Shown piece after piece: positions 12,213-23,616 of a stretch of DNA of 64,000 nucleotides. How positions within the stretch are numbered: the first letter of the stretch is position 1; every line of letters begins with the position of its first letter. Both the position numbers and the translations under genes were made by a program. The notes under the pieces are model-generated. The model saw nothing but the letters and a program-made list of their open reading frames with translations. It was not told the DNA's origin and searched no databases. The stretch is from Macrostomum hystrix (taxonomy: Eukaryota > Animalia > Platyhelminthes): assembly GCA_950097015.1 (NCBI GenBank), contig CATNEN010000033.1, forward strand, positions 186,001 through 250,000, in the 5' to 3' direction.

Positions 12213-12626
12213 ATAGTCCATAATCATAGAACTGATAGCGATTGTTGATGCATTGTTTGTTAATGAAATAGTACATTGGATATTGTGTTTTAATGGCTTC
12301 CAACAGAGCAAAATACGAGTATGAGCGCGAAAAAGTTTTTCTTCGCAAGACAGGCTTCTTTCTATGCCTGTCTCAGGTCCATTTCAAGTACAGCTTAAAG
12401 AATATCGTCGCTCATATGTAATTAAATTATAATGTAATTCGACTTAAAGGGTCAAAAGCTAGTATTCAGTATTTAACAGAAGAAAAAAATGTGGCAATTT
12501 TAAGTGCTGGAGATAGAAGGAGAAGCTTTTCGTAGAAGCTCTAAGTCACTGTCGGAGTTCAAAGTCTATGTGGCAGGAACCCGGGCTTGCTGCTCTGGAT
12601 TTGAAGCTAGTTGCAGACTTCACAGT

Positions 12627-15600
12627 TCACCAGACTTCGCCGCCCTGGAAGAATATGTGTACTGATTCTGGTTGTTGATTCTGCAACGATTCTAGCAAAG
12701 CTAACATAAAACTCTTTGGCTACGTCTTCTGCTGCGATTCCAGCTACGAGTCCTTCGATTTCAGCTACGAGTCCCTCGATTCCAGCTACGAGTCCTTCGA
12801 TTCCAGCTACGAGTCCTTCGATTCCAGCTACGAGTCCTTCGATTCCAGCTACGAGTCCCTCGATTCCAGCTACGAGTCCCTCGATTCCAGCTACGAGTCC
12901 TTCGATTCCAGCTACGAGTCCTTCGATTCCAGCTACGAGTCCTTCGATTCCAGCAACGAGTCCCTCGATTCCAGCTACGAGTCCCTCGATTCCAGCTACG
13001 AGTCATTCGATTCCAGCTACGAGTCATTTCATTATTTTTACTACTCCTGCTTCGATTCTAGCTTCGATTCCTGTTTAGATTTGTACTAAGATTCTCTCTG
13101 TTGCCTCCAACAGCAATCTAGTTTTTTGCAACGAGTATATAATACATTTAGCTACTGCTTTAGGGTCATAGCTTGAAATTTTGCTTGTCCTACCTGCAGT
13201 TCCTGGGTGAATGTCCTGCAAATAAAAATACAAACATCGTATTACGCTGGTGCTATAGTAATTCGCGAAGCTTGTCTACTAGAAATAAAAAAGGATAAAT
13301 TAAGAAGGTTGCGCACTCACGCGAATATACTGCGCCCCCTGCGTCCACAGTAGCGCGCTAGTTTGTACCGTTCAATGTCACTCAGTGGCGCTTGAAGATT
13401 CTGTTAATGCGGAATGGGAAAATGTCAAGCAGCAGAAGCAGTGTCAGCAAAGATCACATTACCAACCTGCAGCCCGGCAATGAAGCCATTGATGCCGCCG
13501 CTGACAGTGGGAGACGACTCCGCAACACCGTCTTCTCCGCTGTCGCCACCACCAGCGGCGAACAATCCTCGCAACTCCTCCAGCCCGATGCGCAGCGCCT
13601 TGACATGCTCGAAGGTCCGCTCAACCAGCTGGTGCCGCCGATTGTTAAAACTTGTCTGGCCCTGCCGGACGCCGTCTGGAGCGGCCACGCAGCCGTAGGT
13701 GACGCGCAGGAGCCGGTCTGCTTGAAGACGCGCCAGGCTGGTCAGGAATTCCGGCGGGACGGAGATGCCGCTCAGGTCGACGTCCTTGATGCCGTGACCG
13801 GTGGGCACGGAGCCCTTTAGGAACGGCTCTAGAAGGGCCGTAGTGTCCTTCGACTCGATGGGGTTGTAGCCGAGCTGAGGAGAAAGATTTCGGTTTTTAT
13901 AATACTATTGATCGATACGCAGCAGACTGTACTCGGCTGAAGTCCGATTCGATCTCAATGAAACCTTCGATTATTATGATTGCTACTGCTAGTAGTGTCA
14001 AAGAATACTCACTTTACTATACGGAAAAGACACGACGTTAATTAGGACGTCAAAAAATACAATCGAGATTTTGTTTTGTGCAACCAACGATATCTAAAAA
14101 TTCATACAGAAATCAAGAACATTGTGCTTCCAAATCATGCTCACATCCAGAGTAGTGAGGCTGGAGTTCTGCTGTAGTGTCTGCACAATGGCCAGCGCCG
14201 ATCTGCCGGATATCCGGTTGTGACGAAGGCGCAGCTTCTCTAGCACGAAATTCTTGCGAAGAGCGGCGGCCACGCCTTGGCAGGAGCGGTCGCTGAAGCC
14301 GTTCCAAGACAGATCCAGCTCCTTCAGGCCGTTGTTCGACTGTTGAGGGCGGTTGAGTTGTCAAAACAAAACATTGTTAAGCGAAAAGGACTGTCGGCTG
14401 GCTACTCTGTCCAACTCTGAGAACAATAGCCATGAATTCAAATCGAGTGGAGTCGATATTGAGTTCAGATTGCAGATAGTAAGCTTGTTTGTTGATGTGC
14501 GAGTTATGTATCATGATCATGTCCGAGCTAGAATCCACAATGAAAAAAATAAGTTACGTAAGAGTAGGTGCACCGAACTCTAAAGGCTCGTTCACAGTGC
14601 AACTAAAAAGCTCCTTTTTCAAACGTACGGTCATTATAGAGAATGTACAATCGTGTAGCCTAGCCTCGTATGATGGCAGCTTGAACTGAGTGGTCATTGC
14701 TACGAGTTAGGAAAGTTGTCAGACCATTCTACTACCTAATTTATTTAAACCTTAGAAAGTTTTTTTGAAGGTTCTCGATCAAACTTGAACATTCTGGTCT
14801 CATTCGAATAAACACAAAAAAGGATTTACAACAACCGACAGTTAACTGATCTTATCAACGATAAATAATTAATAAGGTAAGATGACTGTTCTCACTGCAA
14901 AATGTAGATTCGACTCACATAGACTCCCCTGGCGAGGCTGTTGGCACCTTCTTCTCGAATCCGGTTCCAGCTGAGGTCCAAGACTTCCAGTGTATCGTTG
15001 TAGCCTGATAAAGCCAAAAGAGGAAAAGGAAAAGCTAATGCGAGTATTATTAAACTAAAAACAACTTCCTAAATTCAGTCAGTTTGTGCATTTGTCTGTC
15101 TGCTTTAGTTTCCGTTTTTAGGAAAATTTTCGCAAAAATAAGCATTGACAAGAGTTGAGTGAAAATGTCTGCAAATCGTCCAAAAGCGTTCACAAAGCAT
15201 CCAAAAAAGCGTCCACAAAGAATCCACAAAACGTCCACAAAGAATCCACAAAACGTCCACAAAGAATCCACAAAACGTCCACAAAGCATCTACAAAACGT
15301 CCACAAAGAATCCACAAAACGTCCACAAAGAATCCACAAAACGTCCACAAAGCATCTACAAAGCGTCCACAAAGAATCGACAAAACGTCCACAAAGTATC
15401 TAAAAATCGTCCACAAAGAATCCATAAAACGTCCACAAAGAATCGACAGAACGTCCACAAAGTATCTACAAAGCGTCCACAAAGAATCGACAGAACGTCC
15501 ACAAAGTATCTAAAAAGCGTCCACAAAGAATCCATAAAACGTCCACAAAGAATCGACAGAACGTCCACAAAGCATCTACAAAGCGTCAACAAAGAATCCA

Positions 15601-18600
15601 TAAAACGTCCACAAAGAATCCACAAAACGTCCACAAAGCATCTACAAAACGTCCACAAAGAATCCACAAAACGTCCACAAAGCATCTACAAAGCGTCCAC
15701 AAAGAATCGACAAAACGTCCACAAAGTATCTAAAAATCGTCCACAAAGAATCCATAAAACGTCCACAAAGAATCGACAGAACGTCCACAAAGTATCTACA
15801 AAGCGTCCACAAAGAATCGACAGAACGTCCACAAAGTATCTAAAAAGCGTCCACAAAGAATCCATAAAACGTCCACAAAGAATCGACAGAACGTCCACAA
15901 AGCATCTACAAAGCGTCAACAAAGAATCCATAAAACGTCCACAAAGAATCGACAAAACGTCCACAAAGTATCTACAAAACGTCCACAAAGCATCCAAAAA
16001 AGCGTCCACAAAGAATCGACAAAACGTCTACAAAGCATCTACAAAGCGTCCACAAAGAATCGACAAAACGTCCACAAAGTATCTAAAAAGCGTCTACAAA
16101 GAATCCATAAAACGTCCACAAAGAATCGACAGAACGTCCACAAAGTATCTACAAAGCTTCCACAAAGAATCCATAAAACATCCACAAAGAATCGAAAAAA
16201 CGTCCACAAAGAATCCACAAAACGTTCAAAAAGCGCCCTTAAAACGTCCACAAAGCATCCAAAAAAGCGTCCACAAAGAATCGACAAAACGTCCACAAAG
16301 TATCTAAAAATCGTCCACAAAGAATCCATAAAACGTCCACAAAGCATCTACAAAACGTCCACAAAGTATCTAAAAATCGTCCACAAAGAATCTACAAAAT
16401 GTCCACAAAGCATCTACAAAGCGTCCACAAAGAATCGACAAAACGTCCACAAAGTATCTAAAAAGCGTCCACAAAGAATCCACAAAACGTCCACAAAGAA
16501 TCGACAAAACGTCCACAAATTATCTACAAAGCGTCAACAAAGAATCCACAAAAATCCACAAAAGTCCAAAAAGCGACCTTAAAACGTCCGCAAAGCATCC
16601 AAAAAACGTCCAAAAAGTATCCATAAAACGTCCACCAAGCATCCTCAAAAACGTCTACAAAGAATCCATAAAAAGTCCTCAAAGCATCCTTAAAAGCGTC
16701 CAAAAAGTCCTTAGAACGTCCACAAAGCATCCATAAAAGCATTAACAAAGCATCTCGAAAAAGGCCCACATTAAAGGGCGTCTACAAAATACAGCGTCGC
16801 AAACCCAGGTAACAAAACTCAAAATAAAATATTATTTTTTTCTCACCCAAAGCTGACTCCATGCAGCCGTCGTTGCATTCGATGGCATTTTTCGATAAGT
16901 TCAACTGCTTCAGATGAATATTGTTCTGCGTTTTAATAGAAATGGAATCTTCAGGTAAATTTTGTATTTAAAGATTTGTTGCTTTTTCTGTCCGTTGCGT
17001 CAGAACTTAAGAAGAACTACTAACAGAAGCAGAATCTCGCTGAAATTTACCTCGAGCAGTTTACAAACAAACGCTGCCTCCCTGTCTGTGATTGAGTTCT
17101 GTGACAGATCCAGTTTCACTAGGCTACTGTTGTCCAACAGTGCTGAGCACAGTCCAGCAAGACCGCGTTCTCCCAGGCCGTTTGAGGACAGGTCCTGCGA
17201 GATAAACAAATCTACCTTCAATATTTTCGTTTATTTGGCCTCGCAGAGGAATTCTGGGACAGCCTAAGAGTTTGGTTCCAAGACTTAATTCCATTCTAAT
17301 TGATTATAGTTCCATCGCATCTAGCGGAATTAGATTGTAGACATTGCTAATGTTTTCTCAATGCGTTAATAAAATTTTATTTTAATTGATACCAGTTCAG
17401 ATAGACTATATCCAATTTTAATTCGCTGTAGGTTGGTTCCACTGCATCGGGTTTGGTTCCATTGCATCGGGTTTGGTTCCATCGTATCAGGTTTGGTTCC
17501 ATCGTATCGAGTTTGGTTCCATCGTATCGGGTTTGGTTCCATCGAATCAGGTTTGGTTCCATCGTATCGAGTTTGGTTCCATCGTATCGGGTTTGGTTCC
17601 ATCGAATCGGGTTTGGTTCCATCGTATCGGGTTTGGGTCCATCGTATCGGGTTTGCTTCCATTGTATCGGGTTAGGTTCTATTCTATTCGATTTGGTTCC
17701 ATTGTATTGGAATTGCTTCCATTGTATCTGGTTTGGTTCCATTGTATCGGGTTAGGTTCTATTCTATTCGATTTGGTTCCATTGTATTGGAATTGCTTCC
17801 ATTGTATCTGGTTTTGTTCCATTGTATCGGGTTTGGTTACATTGTATCGGGTTTGGTTACATTGTATCGGGTTTGGTACTATTGTACCTGGTTTTAGTTC
17901 CATTGTATCTGGTTTGGTTCCATTGTATCGGGTTTGGTTACATTGTATCGGGTTTGGTAGCCGTCCTAAACCCACCAGCTCGCGAAGCCGCTTGGCGGTG
18001 TTGACCATGTCGCACAGCGCTAGCAGGCCGTCATCGAGGATATTGTTCTCCGGTATGCGGATGCTGCTAATCAGCTCGCTGTTCTGCAATCGAGGGTCAG
18101 AGTCGGAATTTTGTGAGATTGGAACGAAACCAACAGGGCCTAGCCATGGAAACGCGAGCGACTCACTCTGAGGCTCGCTGCCACCGCCCTGGTGCCCTGC
18201 GGCCCCAGAGGCCGGCCCCGCATGTGCAGCCGGTCGCGGCCGAAGCTACGCTTGACGGTGGAGGCGGGCACTACGCCGAATCGGCGGCAGGACGCCTCGT
18301 AGTGCCGACGCAGGACGTCCTGGGCGTCTTTGGATTCGGGCTCCTGGCCGTCTGGAAAATCAGGGGCGCTTTCTGTACTAACTAGTTTTGGTGAGCTGAG
18401 ATTGATGAGATTTTTAAAGGATCTATCTAGTTTGAATCTCTTCCCAAAACTTTTAGTTATTAAAACTTAGACTCTGTTTGATCAGATTCCTCTGTTTAGT
18501 TAGATTCCTCTGTTTAGTCAGATTCCTCTGTTTAGTTAGATTCCTCTGTTTGGTCAGATTCCTCTGTTTGGTCAGATTCCTCTGTTTAGTTAGATTCCTC

Positions 18601-20199
18601 TGTTTGGTCAGATTACTCTGTTTGGTCAGATTCCTCTGTTTGGTAAGATTCCTCTGTTTGGTAAGATTCCTCTGTTTGGTAAGATTCCTCTGTTTGGTAA
18701 GATTCCTCTGTTTGATCAGATTCCTCTGTTTGGTAAGATTCCTCTGTTTGGTCAGATTCCTCTGTTTAGTTAGATTCCTTTGTTTAGTCAGATTCCTCTG
18801 TTTAGTTAGATTCCTTTGTTTAGTCAGATTCCTCTGTTTAGTTAGATTCCTCTGTTTAGTTAGATTCCTCTGTTTAGTTAGATTCCTCTGTTTAGTAAGA
18901 TTCCTCTGTTTAGTTAGATTCCTCTGTTTGGTCAGATTCCTCTGTTTGGTAAGATTCCTCTGTTTGATCAGATTCCTCTGTTTGGTAAGATTCCTCTGTT
19001 TGGTCAGATTCCTCTGTTTAGTTAGATTCCTTTGTTTAGTCAGATTCCTCTGTTTAGTTAGATTCCTCTGTTTAGTAAGATTCCTTTGTTTAGTTAGATT
19101 CCTCTGTTTGGTAAGATTCCTCTGTTTGATCAGATTCCTCTGTTTGGTAAGATTCCTCTGTTTGGTCAGATTCCTCTGTTTGGTTAGATTCCTTTGTTTA
19201 GTCAGATTCCTCTGTTTAGTTAGATTCCTCTGTTTGGTCAGATTCCTCTGTTTGGTCAGATTCATCTGTTTAGTTAGATTCCTCTGTTTGGTCAGATTCC
19301 TCTGTTCGGTCAGATTCCTCTGTTTGGTAAGATTCCTCTGTTTGGTCAGATTCCTCTGTTTAGTTAGATTCCTCTGTTTGGTCAGATTCCTCTGTTTGGT
19401 AAGATTCCTCTGTTTAGTTAGATTCCTCTGTTTGGTCAGATTCCTCTGTTTGGTCAGATTCCTCTGTTTAGTTAGATTCCTTTGTTTAGTCAGATTCCTC
19501 TGTTTGGTCAGATTCCTCTGTTTAGTTAGATTCCTCTGTTTGGTCAGATTCCTCTGTTTGGTAAGATTCCTCTGTTTGTTAAGATTCCTCTATTTGGTAA
19601 GATTCCTCTGTTTAGTTAGATTCCTCTGTTTGGTAAGATTCCTCTGTTTGGTAAGATTCCTCTGGTTGGTAAGATTCCTCTGTTTGGTAAGATTCCTCTG
19701 TTTGATCAGATTCCTCTGTTTGGTAAGATTCCTCTGTTTGGTCAGATTCCTCTGTTTAGTTAGATTCCTCTGTTTGGTCAGATTCCTCTGTTTAGTTAGA
19801 TTCCTCTGTTGGTAAGATTCCTCTGTTTGGTCAGATTCCTCTGTTGGTCTCACCGTCCTCCAAGATGTTGTAGCCGGTGAAGGTGAACTCGCGGAGCAGC
19901 ATTGACGGATCCCGCATCATCGGCGGCAGCCGGGACGGTGGTCGCTGCTGCGGTGTCGGCCGGCCCAGGTTGGTGCGATCCTGGCTGCGCCTCGGGTGGC
20001 CCGTAATGGGCAGGCTGACTGGCAGCGGAGGCCCCGCCGACCCGCCGCTGCTGCTGCCCTGCCGCGGTCCGAGGCCGTCAAGTCCGCGGTTGCCTGGACC
20101 GACAACAAACACGCGCTGCTGCTGCTGTTGCTTATCCTTCTGCCGATGGCCTGCGGCAGACATTGTGAGAAGTAGCAAAAGGGATTTTGATCCCTTCAG
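12627..20199 (-). CDS. LRRC74: LRRC74A/B-like RI-class leucine-rich-repeat protein, multi-exon
   Basis: Phase-consistent exons: 20199-19854, 18351-18167 (HYEASCRRFGVVPAS...LGPQGTRAVAASL), 18083-17976, 17194-17051 (LVKLDLSQNSI), 16925-16847 (LKQLNLSKNAI), 15004-14919 (LEVLDLSWNRIREEGA), 14339-14145 (LKELDLSWNGFSD...LEKLRLRHNRI), 13874-13467 (LGYNPI...IKDVDLSGISV), 13400-13321, 13215-13194, 12644-12627 (stop). Motifs recall LRRC74 (YLEAC..GVVP, LGP.G..AIA, L..NPI). The last three small exons are less certain. Confidence 0.8.
12735..13030. repeat. 21-bp minisatellite (~14 copies)
   Basis: Unit GATTCCAGCTACGAGTCC(T/C)TC. Confidence 0.95.
15170..16790. repeat. Degenerate ~22-bp tandem repeat with an internal 330-bp duplication (LRRC74 intron)
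   Basis: Core AAAACGTCCACAAAGAATCC; block at ~15351 recurs at ~15681. Confidence 0.93.
17415..17960. repeat. 20-bp minisatellite (LRRC74 intron)
   Basis: Unit CCAT(C/T)GTATCGGGTTTGGTT. Confidence 0.95.
18470..19848. repeat. 18-bp minisatellite (~76 copies; LRRC74 intron)
   Basis: Unit TCAGATTCCTCTGTTTGG and variants; begins immediately after the GTGAG donor on the - strand. Confidence 0.97.
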
Positions 20200-20343
20200 C
20201 TACAGCCTTCTGCTAATTTGGGATTCTTGTCAGTTCGGCATGCAATAAAAAAATGTGGCGACTCTCCAGTTGCTAAGGCGGCCCGGGCATTGTCTCCGGT
20301 AAAGTTCTGCTTTAACGTCCGCTTTTCACTGCTTCTTCTTTGC

Positions 20344-21974
20344 CTGTGCCCTGCGTGTTTCCTTCTCCGAGAACGGAGTGAGTGAGGCCAGCTCAGCACG
20401 GAGGCCGCCGAGGAAGAGACGGGAGGGATGCAGGAATTTTAGCGACGACCTGAAAACAGAGGACAGCTCCCATTTTCCCTCCTGGAAGTTGCCTCGCTGT
20501 TTTGGTGACTTTGAGTAGCGGGAGGGGGCTGGGGTAGGTTATTTAGGTGTGGGCGCCAACAGTTCTTTCCCTCCAGTCACTGCCTAGCAACAGCCCAAGC
20601 CAATCTCCCAGCTGGCCTGGCTGCCTAACATTTTATCAAGCTCAGATGTGTTAGCCATGGCCAGAATGTCTATTTGTCTGACTTATAGCAGCCCCACTCA
20701 ACAAGCACCCCACAATATCCCATTACAATGATGAAATTTCAAATACAGAAAGACTTCATCATTTTGTGAATGAATGTGTGAGTCTGAGGAGCTAATTGCA
20801 TGCCTTAAATGGAATGAATTGCACATTTCTTTCCTTTAGCTGCTGCTGATTTTGCTACTTGCAGCAAGGCCACATTCATTTAGTGAGATTCTTAGTCAGA
20901 TTCCACTGCTTAGTCTGATTCTTAGTCAGATTCCACTGCTTAGTCAGATTCCACTGCTTAGTCAGATTCCACTGCTTAGTCAGATTCCACTGCTTAGTCA
21001 GATTCCACTGCTTAGTCAGATTCCTCTATTGGGTCAGATTCCTGTTTGGTCAGTTTCCTCTGTTTGGTCAGTTTCCTCTGTTTGGTCAGTTTCCTCTGTT
21101 TGGTCAGTTTCCTGTTTGGTCAGATTCCTCTGTTTAGTCAGATTCCTCTATTGGGTCAGATTCCTGTTTGGTCAGTTTCCTCTGTTTGGTCAGTTTCCTC
21201 TGTTTGGTCAGTTTCCTCTGTTTGGTCAGTTTCCTCTGTTTGGTCAGTTTCCTGTTTGGTCAGATTCCTCTGTTTAGTCAGATTCCTCTGTTTAGTCAGA
21301 TTCCTCTGTTTAGTCAGATTCCTTTGTTTGGTCAGATTCCTCTGTTTAATCAGATTCCCGTTTGGTCAGATTCCTATCTTTCGTCGATTCCTCTATTCGT
21401 TAGATATGTTGAAAAGATGCCCAAAACGTATTAAAGTATGGGAAAACTTTGGTTTGTATTCATTCATGGATATCTTTTATTCATGCGGGTATTTTGGTTT
21501 GTGATGAGAAACCGTCTTCTTTAATGCAGCTGCTCAAAACATGTTGAACTTAAGTCTGCTAAAATCTGGAAATTTTTTTGTAAATAATTTTATTTTGAGT
21601 TTAAGATCGGCAAAAACAGATGTACTCGTACTTCATCTTTTAACTTTCTACTTCAAGTAGAGTAGAACGCAAGAAACATCTCCTCGTAAATTGATCGGTT
21701 TTCTATAACATCAAATCGATCTTACTCTGCTACTGAGCGACTTGTCAGTTTATGGCACCTGTCACAAAACTGTCACTTTTAACGTTCAACCAGGCAACTA
21801 TTCGCATTCGGGTTTTTAGGGAAATGAGCGGAGAGGATTACAATCCAGCTCGACTGTTTCTAGTAGAAAAAAAGACTAAAACAGGGCCAAAACAGAAATC
21901 AGCGAGTTAGCGACAGCCCCAGGAGATTGGGTGAATTTCCCCTCCTTCACTCACGCAGCCTCGATGGTAACCAT
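20344..21974 (-). CDS. Tentative 5' coding exons of the LRRC74-like gene (21974-21955 and 20449-20344)
   Basis: ATG GTT ACC ATC GAG GCT GC|GTGAGT joins in phase to TTTTCAG|G TCG TCG CTA... (MVTIEAASSLKFLHPSRLFLGGL...). The second exon needs a GC donor (CAG|GCAAAG). Confidence 0.4.
20890..21375. repeat. 18-bp minisatellite of the same family as 18470-19848
   Basis: Units TCAGATTCCACTGCTTAG / TCAGTTTCCTCTGTTTGG / TCAGATTCCTCTGTTTAG. Confidence 0.92.
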
Positions 21975-22269
21975 GTGGTTAATATCCAGTCTAGTACTTG
22001 CAGCTAGTTCGCTTGCTTAATGGATCGGCACAATGACACACTTGGCTTGGCCAGTGAGAGGGGTCACACTGAGACAGAAAAAACTGGCTTTTCGGCGGTC
22101 AAACACAGGCGGGGAGTTGGTGTGTACAAGATGAGGTGGGTGATAGAAACTGGATACATCTGAAATTGCCTCGGGATAAATATTGATGCCTGATGGCTGT
22201 ATTGAGAGAGGCAGATAAGTCTGAGATCGAGATTGAAATTGAGATTGAGCAGAGGTTGGGACTAGATGG

Positions 22270-23604
22270 ATAGGCTGAGAGATAGAGATGGATAGACTGA
22301 GATGGATAGAGATGGATAGACTGAGATGGATAGACTGAGATGGATAGACTGAGAGATAGAGATGGATAGACTGATAGAGATAGGGATGGATAGACTGAGA
22401 GATAGAGATGGATAGACTGAGAGATAGAGATGGATAGACTGAGAGATAGAGATGGATAGACTGAGAGATAGAGATGGATAGACTGAGAGAGATAGAGATG
22501 GATAGACTGAGAGAGATAGAGATGGATAGACTGAGAGAGATAGAGATGGATAGACTGAGAGAGATAGAGATGGATAGACTGAGAGATAGAGATGGATAGA
22601 CTGAGAGATAGAGATGGATAGACTGAGAGAGATAGAGATGGATAGACTGAGAGATAGAGATGGATAGACTGAGAGAGATAGAGATGGATAGACTGAGAGA
22701 GATAGAGATGGATAGACTGAGTGAGAGATAGAGATGGATAGACTGAGAGAGATAGAGATGGATAGACTGAGAGAGATAGAGATGGATAGACTGAGTGAGA
22801 GATAGAGATGGATAGACTGAGAGAGATAGAGATGGATAGACTGAGAGAGATAGAGATGGATAGACTGAGTGAGAGATAGAGATGGATAGACTGAGAGAGA
22901 TAGAGATGGATAGACTGAGTGAGAGATAGAGATGGATAGACTGAGAGATAGAGATGGATAGACTGAGAGAGATAGAGATGGATAGACTGAGAGATAGAGA
23001 TGGATAGACTGAGAGATAGAGATGGATAGACTGAGAGATAGAGATGGATAGACTGAGAGATAGAGATGGATAGACTGAGAGAGATAGAGATGGATAGACT
23101 GAGAGATAGAGATGGATAGACTGAGAGATAGAGATGGATAGACTGAGAGAGATAGAGATGGATAGACTGAGAGATAGAGATGGATAGACTGAGAGATAGA
23201 GATGGATAGACTGAGAGATAGAGATGGATAGACTGAGAGAGATAGAGATGGATAGACTGAGAGATAGAGATGGATAGACTGAGAGAGATAGAGATGGATA
23301 GACTGAGAGATAGAGATGGATAGACTGAGAGAGATAGAGATGGATAGACTGAGAGATAGAGATGGATAGACTGAGAGAGATAGAGATGGATAGACTGAGA
23401 GAGATAGAGATGGATAGACTGAGAGATAGAGATGGATAGACTGAGAGAGATAGAGATGGATAGACTGAGAGATAGAGATGGATAGACTGAGAGATAGAGA
23501 TGGATAGACTGAGAGAGATAGAGATGGATAGACTGAGAGATAGAGATGGATAGACTGAGAGATAGAGATGGATAGACTGAGAGATAGAGATGGATAGACT
23601 GAGA
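22270..23604. repeat. GA-rich 20/22-bp satellite, left of the Gypsy element
   Basis: Unit GATAGAGATGGATAGACTGAGA(GA), with a GAGTGA variant. Confidence 0.97.
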
Positions 23605-23616
23605 ATCGGCCACCGA

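Noticed and set aside
11538-12348. Tyr/Gly/Ser/Cys-rich SSYGSRYC ORF resembling an eggshell or cuticle protein
   Set aside because: Two overlapping frames are open only across the 24-bp array; no signal peptide or unique coding flanks
15050-19853. Repeat ORFs (KRPQRIHKTST, MEPNPIRWNQ, LTKQRN, LVRFLC)
   Set aside because: All lie in LRRC74 introns bounded by valid splice sites and are minisatellite translations
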